DNA of 64,000 bases, from NCBI RefSeq assembly GCF_009914755.1, contig NC_060933.1, one strand, 5' to 3'. The position numbers were made by a program, and so were the translations under genes. Shown here in pieces: positions 63,358-64,000 of the stretch. This DNA is from the human T2T-CHM13v2.0 reference genome, Homo sapiens. Numbering within the stretch: the stretch's first letter is position 1; each line of letters begins with the position of its first letter. The notes below the pieces were generated by a model, which worked only from the letters and a program-made list of their open reading frames with translations, was not told the origin of the DNA and did no database searches.

Positions 63358-64000
63358 GTGAGCACACCCTCTGCTCTGGGTGTCTGCGACAGCACCCACC
63401 CCAGGGAGGCATGTGGCTCACCCTGGCAGCAGGCGGCTGGGTCCCAGAGGGCTCCATGCCTGATGTTCGCCTCCTGCCTAAATGGCTTGTCCACTCTATT
63501 TCCATTCCTGTTAGAGATTTGGAGCAGTCACCCTATAGGTGATTTATGTCACTCTTGTCTGAGAGCACAGATGTCCACAGGAAGTTAAATGTAACCTCAG
63601 CAGATAAAATATGTACCTGCATCTGTCCTACATTCCAGCCACGCCCCTCACATTAGCCTTTTGATCGCGCCAGGTCATGGGGTATCTGTTCAGGCCTCCC
63701 TGCCCCTGACACCTTTGGCAGCTGAGGAATCACAAGGCGCTGTCAGTAGTGTGTCTAAGAGAGAGGCGCGGTGGTGATCCTTTGAGGACGCGAGCTAGCC
63801 AGTGGGCCATCCATTTCCAAACCCCAGCTGGCTGTCAGTTGATTTCTCCCAGTGAGAAATCCGGAGGACACAGGAAGACTATACCATCTTCCTTGGGAGA
63901 TTCTCGGTCCCAGTTTTGGGTTCCGGATTCAGGGCGTTGCTGAGTTGGGGTGACTCACTTTCATCCCCCATGTTCTGAAGGTTAGCCTTGAGGGTGGCGG

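Overview
Primate (almost certainly human) genomic DNA that I recognise as the NAIF1-SLC25A25 locus (9q34.11; position recalled, not computed). Positions 1-25,200 hold no supportable gene and are a dense, heavily nested mosaic of Alu, L1, LTR and DNA-transposon remnants. NAIF1 lies on the minus strand with two coding exons (31077-30567 and 27870-27398; 984 nt = 327 aa + stop) and encodes a domesticated Harbinger-transposon Myb/SANT-like protein. It sits head-to-head, across a CpG-island bidirectional promoter, with SLC25A25 (SCaMC-2/APC3, mitochondrial Ca2+-regulated ATP-Mg/Pi carrier, plus strand). Only SLC25A25's alternative first exons are in the window: three coding phase-0 exons (32296-32556, 55842-56060, 62539-62697) and possibly a non-coding one ending near 63357. 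Nearly all other ORFs in the track are Alu translations or antisense shadows. I found no convincing new gene system. The most unusual signals are in genome dynamics and regulation: a ~290-bp inverted templated copy of 49180-49465 inside an AluY 26 kb away; a ~40-bp LTR-derived mini-retrocopy with a 16-bp TSD; an ERVK-type solo LTR inside an AluS; a pristine AluYd8 in the NAIF1 intron; a 3 x 42-bp CCAAT minisatellite; repeated reuse of the same insertion sites; a candidate poison exon in SLC25A25 intron 1; and a CRE/D-box/E-box cluster at the proximal SLC25A25 promoter. Repeat family names come from recalled consensus sequences and need RepeatMasker/Dfam confirmation.
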